A DNA stretch of 62,383 bases, counting the filler, from Choristocarpus tenellus KU-1152 (taxonomy: Eukaryota > Protista > Phaeophyceae): NCBI GenBank assembly GCA_964200185.2. It is 11 parts of 11 records of this genome, joined end to end, with 100 filler letters (N's around TTAATTAATTAA, not from the genome) between each part and the next. Parts side by side here need not be neighbours in the genome. Positions count along the whole stretch, not along the records: positions 16,146 to 28,608 come from CAXNAD020001830.1; positions 28,709 to 32,949 come from CAXNAD020015526.1; positions 33,050 to 37,693 come from CAXNAD020013654.1; positions 37,794 to 42,946 come from CAXNAD020011690.1; 7 more parts are not named here. One strand, given 5' to 3'. Shown piece after piece: positions 27,325 through 39,414 of this stretch (positions are counted from its first letter, which is position 1; the number at the start of each line of letters is the position of its first letter). The notes below the pieces were generated by a model. That model saw only the letters and a list, made by a program, of their open reading frames with translations. It did no database searches and was not told the origin of the DNA. A program made the translations under genes and the position numbers.

Positions 27325-28608
27325 CTGCGTCTGCACCTGCGCCTGCACCTGCGCCTGCGCCTGCACCTGCTGTGCTTGCGCCTGCTGCTGAGCTTGAAAC
27401 TGGTTCGGTCCCTGCCCACCTGGAGCCAGTCGCCCAGGCCCAGTCACCACACGCTGGGGCTATTTATTAACACCAACATGTGCATCAAATACAAAACAAA
27501 AAAATGGGCGAGTGTAGTCGATGAGGGCTTTCACAAAGCTACATCAGGCGTTTCAGCACTACTTACAAGTTCTTTTAAAACACGGCTCTTGTTACTATTA
27601 TCCTTCTACCATCGGAACGTTTGAAATATATCCACGTCTAGGGCAGGGTCAGAGCCAATATACAAGCATAGGGTTAGGGTTGTTGTATAAGTGTAGGGTA
27701 TGGTTGAACACAACACACAGAGAGTACACTGTTCACTAAAGCAATTGCATGGCACTGAGACAGGAGCAATGCAAATATTAACCACACACAAAAAAAATCA
27801 AGACATTTTTAAAAAATCAAATATATTATTAAAAAATAATACCCTGAGCAAAAAAATCAAGACATTTAACAAGTGATTTTACACTGGTTCCATATACTCT
27901 ATTCAACACAGACACAGACATCGTGCCTCACATTCACTCCAAAAAGGTATACCTCTCTTCTGTATTTGAAAAAAGCTCAAAATCTACTCAAGGAGTCCCT
28001 CTCATGTACCACATAATTGGTCAGCCGCCAAAGTCCAGAACATTCATCTCGTATACCCATTGGACAGAGATTAAGAACCAGAATATCCCAGCACAGTACA
28101 TACTCCAGCACAGTCATATTTCAACTATCAAAACCATCACAACACAAATAATGATACACGCTGTACATCACAATCATAACACACACCAAACTGGGATGGG
28201 GGGGGGGGGGGGGAAGAAAAAAAAAATTATTTAAAAGATTTCTTCTTCCCCGTGAANNNNNNNNNNGGGGGGGGATATACAGAACACTATGTTACCAGTA
28301 TCTCCTGCACCATGCAAAAAATGAATAGACCACAGCTGCAGAAAAAAAAAGGAAATCACATGAGAACACAAATACCAAGAGGCAGCACCATCAAAAGAAA
28401 TACATGGCACAATACAACATTTGCAGGTGAAGGTTAGACATACTTGCTGCTGTGGAGAGTGTTGTTGCTGGGCCTGCTGGGCCTGTTGCTGCTGCTGTAC
28501 TTGCTGCTGCTGGACCTTGTGAGGCATTCCTGTAGTGGTACCACCAGCTCCAGGCGGCCCAGAGCCACTGGGCATTTGCCCAGCCCCACCAATCTGGGGG
28601 GTCATCCC
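16574..28608 (-). CDS. Large low-complexity (Q/G/P/A/E-rich) protein, N-terminal region; eIF4G-like
   Basis: Exons 28608-28444, 27459-27241, 26271-26140, 24836-24612, 23758-23633, 23333-22566, 21664-21536, 20251-20078, 19368-19297, 18572-18501, 17602-17561, 17109-17080 and 16801-16574 all have GT-AG boundaries and join in phase 0. PKRAVLEIIDPSTGQPI resembles the eIF4G PABP-binding-type motif (human KRERKTIRIRDPNQGG), and there is a later DSWE motif. The MIF4G domain is not in this contig, so identity is tentative while coding status is strong. Confidence 0.55.
17945..18467. repeat. AT-rich intronic minisatellite, about 19-bp unit
   Basis: Units of the form AATATACA(A/G)TAAGTATA(A/C)T repeat head-to-tail and decay towards the left end. 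Confidence 0.9.
20397..20660. repeat. Intronic minisatellite, 39-bp unit, about 6 copies
   Basis: Unit AAACATAAACACCATTTAAACAACACCATCAATAACAAT. Confidence 0.92.
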
Positions 28609-28719
28609 NNNNNNNNNNNNNNNNNNNNNNNNNNNNNNNNNNNNNNNNNNNNTTAATTAATTAANNNNNNNNNNNNNNNNNNNNNNNNNNNNNNNNNNNN
28701 NNNNNNNNTTTTTATATTG

Positions 28720-28795
28720 AACAGCCGATTTCAAAAATTGAGGATGGAGCTTTACATTGAGGATGAACTTGACCCAAAATTGACTGGGATAAAGT
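28720..28795. repeat. Dispersed repeat family D end
   Basis: AACAGCCGATTTCAAAAATTGAGGATGGAG...TTGAGGATG..TTGACC is similar to 57842-57914 (+) and 58015-58086 (-). Confidence 0.65.
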
Positions 28796-28988
28796 GTCGA
28801 TATGTTTTTTTTTTGTAGTGAAGACCATAGCAGAAATTTTTATCTGGATTTTGTAGGGCATTCAATCCTTTTTGTCGGGTAGAATATAATTGGCATTTTC
28901 TGCAGGTCGTGAAGCTTGTTTTGCTCACAAAATATTTTTTTAATTACTCACCAGCTCTTTTGACCTCGCTGTCGTTCGTTACCATTCA

Positions 28989-29200
28989 GAGTCACAGTAA
29001 ACGAGAGGTACGTAGGATTCGGTCGTTTTGCATTTTAGAACTGTTTTTCGATCTACTGCAATTCACCCTTTTTTCTAATATATCTATGGGTGAAGTTCTA
29101 GTCTACGTTTGACTTGAGAGCGTTTATTTCTCTACTGCTTGGAACCTTTCCGACAAATTTCAGGAAATATCCTACACACATTTGTTGTTTTTTTATGTCG
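28989..29200. mobile_element. MITE family C copy, one end degraded
   Basis: Starts GAGTCACAGTAAACGAGAGGTAC. The interior aligns with the reverse complement of 4200-4350. Confidence 0.65.
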
Positions 29201-30124
29201 AATTTTCCCTATCTTTGTCAGCAAGGTTAAAATGCAACTCTCGAATGTCACACCAACTTCTTTTTTTCACCATATCACAATCCTTGGGCTGTCGCCAACT
29301 CATCCTATCCCAAACCAACACTGTTCTCAGCATACCTACTCCCAAAGAGATGTGACCAATTGCACATATAAAAAGAATGTTCCCCATCATAATGAACTGC
29401 TCTTGGTGATGGTGTTCCTTCTGGTTGTAATTATGGTGATGAAGTCGGTTGTAATCATCGCTGTGTTTAGTACGCTTGTGTGCGAGTATCAAGCGTGGTG
29501 CATAATAGGCTGTCTGTGATGATGTGTCTACTGTATAATATAGAGGTACCATGACAAGGAAAGGATAGCAAACAAGGATGATAGTTGCTCGTGTTGACAA
29601 TTTAATATAATGATGTATGCGGCATGTTGTTGCGTGACATACACAGAAATAAAAAAAAGGGTTAAGTTCGCAATTTATGCCATTATGGAGTTATAATGTT
29701 TCATCCATGATACACTACCAATACAATGATATTTCAGAAAAAGAGTAGCATGATAAATCAAGGATAACAACCGCAAACAGTGTAGCAGGACATTGAAATT
29801 GAGGGGTAGTGAAGGGTTCTCGCGGAGCTTTCTTCAGTAAGCCTGCACGCCTCCTGCCCCTAGACCTACCATGCTTGACACGGGTGAAAACGCTTAAGGG
29901 TTGGTTGTAAGTTTATTTGACAGTACAGTATGACAAAGAGAATCTGTCGATGTCACATCTTGAATTGTGTCTACCATTCCATTCTAGTTTATAGCATCAT
30001 ACCACTCCGCCAATTTCCAGTGGGTGAAAAAAGGTAAGTTTGTGGATTGGGACTAAACGCTTCTATTTGTAACATCGCTTGGTGCAAGATCCAGCGGAAG
30101 ATGTTAATTGCATGAGATTACAGT

Positions 30125-31010
30125 CCTCGTCAAAGTTATTGCACGGCAGTTGGGGGGATTACCTGGAACGGGAGAATATCCTTCACGAGGAACAGTGTGG
30201 TTTTATAACGCAGATGTGTTACAGTGGACATGGTGTACGCTGTACATGCCCTTCAAAAGCTTGACCAGGAAAAGTTTGTAGAAATTCATTTGGTTTATCA
30301 TCTACAGAGCATATAATTCTGTTGATCGTGATCTCCTGTGGGTTATGGTAGCCAAATTTGGCGTACCTCCAAAGATGATGTTTTTTAGATAATCCCATGA
30401 CGATATGAGAACATGTGTTTGTACGGATGATGGTGAGTGCACAGACTGGCTCAAGGTTGGACGGGGCCTTTAGCAAGGGTATGTTCTGCTGTCAATCCTC
30501 TTTAACATATTCACTGCAAAGTGAAAGTATCTTAGAGGGTACGAGTTTTGCCCTGTTTGTCCGTTTGAGGCTTGGCTTACCACAGTTTTTTAATGACATT
30601 TTACCTGCTCCGAAACGTTATAAAAAGGTGTGTCCGGAACAACGATATTGACACTTCCTAACAAACACGATAGCCAAAATTTCATCAATATCGCAATATG
30701 GATTTTGGCCCCCAAACGGACACAGCTCTACCCTCTAAGATACTTTGACTCTGTATACAGTGCAAAGTATGACGGTTAAGGAGTTGACCTCTGACCCAGC
30801 TATCTCCAAGGACCTTGTTGTCATCAAGAGAGCGCCCATGAACAAACTTGATCAGCGGAAGAGGAGCACCAGGGAGGGAGACAACACTTGAGCAGGTTTT
30901 GTAGGGTATGCTTCGTGCTGATAATGTGGGCATTGTCTCCAAGACCCAAGGAGGTTTGGGCAGGATAATAACAGTCCTTGTGAGCGTGGTCAAGTCATTT
31001 CGCATAGTTG
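30125..31010 (+). mobile_element. Degenerate non-LTR (LINE, RTE-like) reverse-transcriptase fragment interrupted by a MITE
   Basis: The motifs KLLHGSWGDYLERENILHEEQCGF, LFNIF and GMLRADNVGIVSKTQGGLGRIITVLVSVVKSF (degenerate YADD box) occur in the expected order, with frameshifts and stops. Confidence 0.85.
30519..30751. mobile_element. MITE family A copy nested in the LINE fragment
   Basis: AAGTGAAAGTATCTTAGAGGGTA ... TACCCTCTAAGATACTTTGACTC, inserted just after the LINE LFNIF motif. Confidence 0.85.
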
Positions 31011-31494
31011 GGTAGTAACAAGGTGGTGGGTTGCCATCAGTGTGGTATGGAGTGAATGGTGTGACGTAAGTTGATAAGGAGTGGAGTGGGTTTGATATTA
31101 AGAGTGGGCAATTGGTTAATTCTATATCTTCTGAGCAAAAAAAGGTGAAAGGTTATGAAGTAACTCGAGTTCTTTGCAACGGAAAAATCATTGTGGTGCA
31201 TGGGTAAACCAGCTGATGTTCTGGCGGAGAAAAAAATGAGAGTGTAGGGGGGGTGGACGAAACGGCCAGGATTGGATGGCTCAAAGGCAGATCTTATAAC
31301 TGAAAAAGGTAATAGAATAGGTTGGCGTTGAAGTGCATAGGCTAGGAAAAGTGGACAGAATAAAGGGACGGAGGAAATATTTGTGAAAAAGGATCAAGGG
31401 GTAAGGTTCAAGGCAACTACTGAGCGATTTTCCTTACCTACCCACCCTCTTAATTGCTCACGATTGCGTGGGATGATGGGTGGGTGGGGGAATC

Positions 31495-32170
31495 TTGGGC
31501 AGGTTAGATGTCTTCCTGTTCAAAGGCGCACTATGAGAATAGAAAAAGTGGGGGTATTGGACGATCGTGGGGTTTTCATAGATGAATGTGGAGTGTTATG
31601 GAGCAAGATAGAGTGTCATGGATGGGGGGTGGAGTGCTTAGGGAGGATTTACTTATCAGTGCATATGCGGAAATTGACCACATCGGTGTGTGAGAGGATA
31701 CCATGCACAGAAATTGGTCGCATTAGTTTGTGAGGATACGCAGAAATTGGCTGCAGTGGTACGGAGAGTGGATAAGTCGATTGGCCGTGTAGTGCGGCCA
31801 ATCCACATAGTATCCCCAAATCACAAATCACTTTGACCAATTTCTGTATACCCCCTCACAAAACAATGCAGACACTTTCCGGATATCCACCTACACACCG
31901 AAGTAGCCACTTTCTGCTTAAAACCACTCAAACACCTATGCAGCCGATTCCCGTGTGTCCACTACTCACAAACCAATACGTAGTCAATTCCCGCGTATCC
32001 ACCCCCATGCCAATCCTCCCAAAATGCACCACCTACATCCTTGACACTCCACATTCCTCCACAATACACCATATTCATTCAAAAACACACCATAATCTTC
32101 CAAAACACTCCACCCTTCATCCCCTCCAATACCATGCCTTTGGAATAGAGGACGTCTGTCCTCCTCAAGC
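31495..32170. repeat. Long imperfect palindrome with internal subunits of about 36 bp (foldback-like)
   Basis: 31500-31695 aligns with the reverse complement of 31960-32165. A perfect 9-bp stem GATTGGCCG-7nt-CGGCCAATC lies at the centre (31779-31803). Confidence 0.7.
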
Positions 32171-33711
32171 TTGATCTCCCCTCTCCATCAATGTTGCATC
32201 TACTTCAAAGTAGTTCCTAGCCACTACCTCTTGCCCCAGTTACCTCCAGTCCTCACTACTACTACTACTAGTTACTAAATCCCTCGACACTCACATTAGA
32301 CCCCTTTTGTCAGCTCTGAAGGCTCCTGACTTCCATCTCTCCCCTCCCTCTGTATGACCAGTTCAAGTGCTGGCATAGTCGCTATCCTCTCTGATATCCA
32401 CCTGGGCTCTCTTGCTGTTCTTCTCAACACAAATATCCCCTGGTTCCTCGTGATCACCTTTCACCTTACATCGTCCTGTCCGTGTTCCCCATCGTTGGTC
32501 TCCTAGTCCTAGGCTGATTCCCAGCTTTTGTATGACCTCTCCCTATGCTTTATGACTGGCTTTATTGCAAAGAACATGGTGTGGGTGGTTTGTTTGATAC
32601 AACATTCAAACACGCTTTTAGTGAGTAGGCAGTAGGGTTTTTTACACTTGATATGGACAACGGGTTTCTAAAATACGATCACTTTATCGAGTGTACGACA
32701 CTCAATGCCAAACACAGATTTTGTACAAGATACAAAAAAAAAATGAGGAATAGAACACTTTCGCCACCATGCTAAACATATATCCTGTCAATTCAATCTG
32801 CCATAGACGCTATTCCTCCAGGCTGAAGAAGTTTATCTACTGACACGATGGGCTCAAAGTATCTGGGGGGGGGGGGGGGTGACTTACTGTCCATTTGGGG
32901 ACAATTTTTTTATGTCGCGATTTTTGGGTGATTTGGTTGCATACGTCGGNNNNNNNNNNNNNNNNNNNNNNNNNNNNNNNNNNNNNNNNNNNNTTAATTA
33001 ATTAANNNNNNNNNNNNNNNNNNNNNNNNNNNNNNNNNNNNNNNNNNNNTTAGACGGAGATTAAAAAAAGTATAATTAACACATCACACCTCTGCCATGC
33101 ATAATGTATTTATGCCCCCCCCTCAGAACTTTTTTTTTTAAAGGGGTGTAAAATGACGTAGGGGGAAGCGCCCCCTCAGGGACTGGAAACCCTACAGAAG
33201 GGCCGCAAAGGTGGCACTCAACCTTAAACTTTTGAAAGCACGTGGTCCTTACGGGTGCATACTATGTGCCATATGAACACGAAACACGGAACAATATTGC
33301 ACCTTGGACAGTACAACACTCAATGAAATCCATTTTTAAAGTAATTGATTCAAAATACTAGGTCAAATCGGGCCTTCTATCACGTCTGCTGCAAGGACAG
33401 CACTCAGAGGCCATTTTGCACTCAAGCGCACCACATCTCGACAGCAATCAAGAGTCAATTTTCTCAGAATTGTTCATAGCAGGCACTTGTCCAGAACAAT
33501 GTCCTGGGCCGTTTTGAGTCTACGATATCTGTCGCCCTGGACAACAGTCTAACCATTGGCACCACATTGACCTCGCTATCGCTTACAAGAACAGTATTTT
33601 CTGGGTTAAGCCCTTGGACTACCACCAAACAAGCAGATACGTAGGTATGTTACACAAAGTGATGTCATAGATGTCATCTCGTACGTATACCCTATCTGTT
33701 ACATTTCTAAG

Positions 33712-33744
<33 letters not shown>

Positions 33745-34452
33745 GTGGATGCGTCGGTGAATCTTTAGGTCTGGGACAATTAAAAAAAAAAGACATGCTT
33801 AGTCCATCTACTGCACTGTGCATTAAAAAACAAAACAAAAAAACACACACACACAATGCTTTAACAATTTTATTTTTTCCTATGAATGTGACCGCTTCAC
33901 TCACTTGTCATCTTAGCCTTCGCTATAGAAAAAGAAAAAGAAATATAAAAACTAGGTAGACATCACCGGGCAGGTTCAGATCTATTTGTCTCGATGAGGA
34001 AGTGTTGAGAAAAAACCCGTGAGCGATTGTGATTGGTCTCTACTTCCTGCCGTAACCCCAGGGTTATGAGTTATGAGAGCATTTACATTTTACATTACGC
34101 AATACCCGTTGTCCAGGAAGGAGCTCTGGGCCGTTGGCTCTTTAACAACAAGCTGATTAGTTAAATTCTTAAAAGCAGCAATTTTTACCAACTTTGAAAC
34201 TTTTTTTTTTTCCAACTATGTCCACCGGGGAAAAACTTCCTGAACCTCATCATTTTTGGTACAACAATAAAAGAATGCACACGGAATGAAAAGACGCATT
34301 CATTTCCACTCTCATTTCTAAAGCACACAGACACAGACACATAGAGAGAGAGAGAGAGAGAGAAGAGTATGGTAGTATTCCTTGCAACAGTTCTTAACCG
34401 GATTTGCAATCACACACTATCCTGAAATTGAATCAAGGGGGGGATTACTCAC

Positions 34453-34538
34453 GTTGGCCATGGCCTTGCAGTTACAATCTTCTGTTTCAGTGCAGTCGCT
34501 CCTCATGTGAGTCACAAATGACATCTTACATGACACCA

Positions 34539-34572
<34 letters not shown>

Positions 34573-37150
34573 CAAGGTGGGGCACACAGTACAACAGTAC
34601 GGTTGACACGTCACAACGCCGTACATAAAATAAAAAGTAATACGAAAAATAGTACTATTTTAATGGCACGGTGAAGCTCATTGAGGGTTAGGGTTAAATA
34701 TATATATATATATATATAATGTATTTCGTGTCACTACGCCATACATAAAATAAAAAGTAGTCTGCGTATAGTACTATTTTAATAGCATGGTGAAGCTGAG
34801 TAAGGGTTAGGGTTGAACATAAAAAAGAATAAAAAAGAATATAACGTTCGATTTGTAATGCCGTACAATTCTAGTAGCATGAAGTTTAACAAGGGTCAGG
34901 TTGAATATATTGAAAAAAATACCAGTACATTTTATGAGATACTTAGAAGTGCAGTAGTGCGTGCTCTTACCCCGGTGAGAAACCTGTTTTATTTTACAGA
35001 CAAAAAAACACAAGACGTGTAACAGCAGAGGTAACAAATGCAAACATTTTTCAACACACCAAGGAAGTGGATCCTCAGACTACAACAACTTAAAACAAAA
35101 AAATAAACCAACGTATTTTGGAGTGTACTGTATGCAATAGCTGCAGCCCATCCTATATGTCAGCAGTGTGTTCAGCATCCACCTCATCTTCCATTCGTAT
35201 TGGTCCAAATAAAATAAAACAAATAAACAAGAACATGAGTGCTGCATTCATTGCCCCCCCGCCCCCCCATTTTTTTGAAATAGATCGATTTGATGCTATG
35301 AGATTTTACTTACACTGGTGTCACTCTCCCCTCTGCAAATAGTCAACACCACTCACGTCACCGGCAAAGTCGCCCTTATCGATCAAACCAATGTCTTCGT
35401 CCCGCTTCTGCACAGACAATTGTCCTTTAGTGACCACATACAGCTTATCCTGAACCACACCCTCCCGAGCAAGGTATTCACCTGCAGGCGGGGGCAAGTA
35501 GCTAACAAAGTGAGAGGACAAAAAGAACTGCTTCAGGTGGCACTAGAACCACTACCCAAGCAGTGGTTCTACTCACGCTGTACACCATGTACTACATAAA
35601 ATTGATTGTTACCCTTGGGTGTAACAACCGGACATCTATATCCTGTCCAAATTGATTGTTACCCTTGGACGTGGCTTACTTCGTCGCCGACAAAGGCATC
35701 ACCAGCCGTACCTTCTTGTGTACTCTCTCAACAAATGAGAGCACCATACTGTTCTACACTTCATCGCTCCCAATAAAAATGTTACCCTCGACTAGCCTAA
35801 GTCAGTGCTTCACCCTAAGTCAGGGCCTCACACACTCCTGCTAAGAAAGGGTGGAATTTTCTTGAACACCACAAGCCCCAATCACCTTCTGGAACATCTA
35901 TGGAGGTTGCGATGGCCATCAACTTCATGTAGTCCACACTCGTGAGACCAGCTTGCTGAAAAACCTGACAGGGTGGTTGGACCAGTTGAAAGTATAATTA
36001 GATGTTTAGAGCTGTGAGAAACATCCCTTTCCCTTCACATCTTGTTACTACTAGTACTTTAATAATAGCACTACAGCACCAGTGTTCAGGGTAAAGCCCT
36101 TTGCTCTGAGGTATGTGGCACCTTAGAAAACGGTGGCAGATACACAGCAATGATTAGGAGGCATGAGTTTGTACACTCAAAAGTGTTGCAAAAAGTACGA
36201 TATTGGGATGGATTACAGTGTTGCAGCTGCGGAGAATCCAATTCAATCTACCAAATTGCAACCAAATGGAGACCGAGAATCAACTCTGGTAGACCTGACT
36301 ATCTTTACATGAAATTACTGTTCTCGGGAGTTCACAATTCGGTACTCTGGATTGGTACTCCTAACCCTTTAGCTCCAGGTATCTCATTACCCCTTCTTTT
36401 CAACTGCTAGAATAGAAACATTTAGCACGACTCCAACACGGAGGAGGGTCATCTGCGGCATTCTAAACAACCAACGCTCTGCAACAGACGACCAAACAAG
36501 TGACTCTGCCTGTGAACGAGAATGTAAAATGAGGTTTCAATGTACCTTGCGATATAAAGTCTCTTTTTCTTCTCCTAGCCGATGGGAGTCTTCGTTCTCC
36601 TTGATCAGGAATGCCACCATTGCAGCATTGATGCCCAGGAAAGCTACATTCCACGAGATGGGTATCCACAGAGGCTGGGGACGAAAGTATTGGAAGATGA
36701 TGCTGCAGGATATGCCTGCAAGTAAAGAGTGTGCGTTGCTTAATGACTGGCCCTCTTTCTACAACTGCCAACGTGCACGGAACTGTAACCTACCTTTGTC
36801 ATTTAACCACCCCGAACTATATGCACGAAGCTTTCGTGTACTCTCTAGAGAGTATTGGCAAGGAGAGATGTAGCAGACAGGTGGGGGAATAAAGATAAAA
36901 TGAAATCTTACTCGGACCAACCTGCAGCAGCGTAGAGACGCAAGTGCAGAACATCCGCTTCTGAATACATAAGACCTAGCCATACAAATGAGGCATGGCC
37001 CGCAGCCTCACTAAGGCTCATGGTTAACACGCGCTTCTGTCCGACACGAAACTCCCGAGGTTTGTTCCAGAACAGAGACATGTTTGGCCCACTCGATGAC
37101 GAGCTCAGAGTTCGACACCTAAAGTAGGGGTAGCGCAGGAAACTTAGCAT
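34453..37150 (-). CDS. Popeye-domain (POPDC/BVES-like) cyclic-nucleotide-binding membrane protein, 3' end missing
   Basis: Exons 37150-36922, 36715-36546, 35964-35886, 35481-35357 and 34524-34453 join in frame: ...AAGHASFVWLGLMYSEADVLHLRLYAAAGISCSIIFQYFRPQPLWIPISWNVAFLGINAAMVAFLIKE...LYRKVFQQAGLTSVDYMKLMAIATSIDVPEGEYLAREGVVQDKLYVVTKGQLSVQKRDEDIGLIDKGDFAGDMSFV. This is three hydrophobic segments with the Popeye WN..F..IN motif followed by a cNMP-binding-type fold. Confidence 0.82.
34616..34814. repeat. Direct duplication of about 80 bp, each copy ending in AGGGTTAGGGTT
   Basis: ACGCC(G/A)TACATAAAATAAAAAGTA...TAGTACTATTTTAAT..CA.GGTGAAGCT at about 34616 and 34736. Confidence 0.8.
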
Positions 37151-39414
37151 CCCTTACGAAATTTATGGGGACATATAATTTAATAGATAGACTTGTTTGG
37201 TCGACCTCGCACCATACATTCTTGGAATCCCTGGTCCCTCTTGAGCATTGATTTATAGTGCATGAGCCAACTCGCCCAACAATCCGGCACGCTGCACCTC
37301 GAACTGGGAACATCTGGTAAATTCAAACTACAGCTCTATGCAAAACAAAAGGGTTTCTTTCAGCTTCTGCTGTGTAGCTCTAGGTCTGAGACTGCCATGG
37401 CTGACGTTTGTGCACAAGAGGAAGGGAAACCATGTCGTGTTTGGTTGCTGATTGTTGATAGTTTCTTTGATACTTTTTCGATACTTTGGTACATGATGGT
37501 TGTTAGTAAAGAATCCTTTAGGGTTAGGGTCAACCAACTGCAACTTCCAGTCTAAAACCTCTTACCAACTATTGATTTGTAGATATACAAGTCACTTCCA
37601 TCCCTTGTCAATTATGGCGCAGACCCTGCTTGGACAGCTTGGGGCTGCACCGGTTCTCCTTTCCCTCCTGTACCTGGTGAGGTTATGTAATACNNNNNNN
37701 NNNNNNNNNNNNNNNNNNNNNNNNNNNNNNNNNNNNNTTAATTAATTAANNNNNNNNNNNNNNNNNNNNNNNNNNNNNNNNNNNNNNNNNNNNCCCCCCC
37801 CCCCTCCCGGATACTTTGGGTCAGGTGTACAATCGCAGTCCCATGCTGTGGACTTTAGGACACCCGAAACATCTCCCCGAAAAGAAATCTGTCGTTGAAG
37901 GGTTTCAAATCCATGTGTGGATGGAGTTAGTGGAGGGAACACCAATCCATTTTACCACTCACTGAACTGTGTGGACACTCATAATAAGTTAGTAAATGTC
38001 GGTCTTGTACGTGATTGCACTTCTTTCGTGTTTTGTGTGTAGTAGGAATAGTATCCTGTGACTGTTCCACAGCCCACGGTACTATTGTTACTGTTTTATA
38101 TAGTTATTATACAGGTGCCTATTTATTCAGGGGGGATGTCTTCACATTATTAGCTTGGGAATTATCCCGACCCGCAGTTGAGCCTCTTAAGCCTCTACAC
38201 ACACTTTGCACTACTTCTCATCAATAATACGAAATATATAATAGTACAACGTACGTAGCACTGAAAATATTAGTAACTATTTACACTACAATAATTTCTA
38301 CTCCTTCCCCATTCCTTCCTTGTTCCTCGCACATTGGTGCTGTACTCCCAGAAGTTTCCACCTTGATTATGTCTGGCGTTTTTGTGGTATAGGTACAGAT
38401 AGTATAGTAAAGTTAAGTGTATACCTCCTATAGGGTCTATGCATAGCTTTGATCTTCAAAGTGACTAAAACATATTAAAACTCGCATTGAAATCATTGAA
38501 GACCAAAGTCCTACTAGAAAGTGTAAGAACAACATCACATTCTGGGCCATCTCCACAAAATAATGTTTCGAGTAGAAAATCGTTGGATTATAAAAGGTAG
38601 AAAACAAGGAGGCAGTAACTGATACCGTAGTTACAGATTCTCGTCTGGTTAGTAGTAAAACTAAAATCTTATTTTTTTTCTAAAGGCGGGGAATATCATT
38701 AGCATCTTACATAGTCCTCTATTTTTATATGTATTTTATTATTATGCCCTCTGACATTTTGCAGATGTGTCAGGGGGAAACCAATGAAAACTATATACAT
38801 ATGTGTATGTATTGTCTATTTTGTGACAGGCAAATTTTATCAACCGTGAAGTACTAATTACGCAACTGTTTTTTTTTTAATGATTCTGTCTCTAACAATG
38901 TGCTACTGTCGATCTATGACCTGTGAGTAAGGGTAGAAAAATAGTTTAGTCGTAGTGAGGGCTTACCAACGTAGAGACTCCCTACACGCGACATATAAAT
39001 CACTGGTGATTGGTGACTTGACTGGTGCACACTTCCTAGAACAGTACATCTACATACATTATATTTGACAAGAAACGTCAGTGGGTCGTGGAGGCCTCGT
39101 TCTGTAGTGTTAGAAGGTAAGCTCTAAGAACCTAATAGTTGGAACCAACATACCGAAAAATATATATAGATGATTTTTGAAATAGCACCAATTAATAATC
39201 CACCTACCTGTTTCTACTTTGTTTTGAATTTATAAACGTTTTTTTTTGGGAGAAATACATAGTGCTGTATTATTAGGTCTCTAGAATGTAAGTGGTTTCG
39301 TTCTGTCCAAGCTCAGGACTCCAGTCCAACTCCATCTACTACTTTTGTCAGCACCCAATAAGAGTCAGTAATATTGGAGTCAGCAAAGTCTCCACCCGCT
39401 CTCAATATGGAAAC

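Noticed and set aside
27159-27624. Poly-Ala, poly-Leu and poly-Ser ORFs overlapping on both strands
   Set aside because: These are alternative frames of the CAG-rich poly-Q exon at 27459-27241.
35140-35190. Candidate next exon (MRWML...) for the Popeye gene
   Set aside because: The exon at 34524-34453 (MSFV...) completes the expected G(D/E)MSF motif and has a clean GTGAGT donor. No convincing donor was found for this one.
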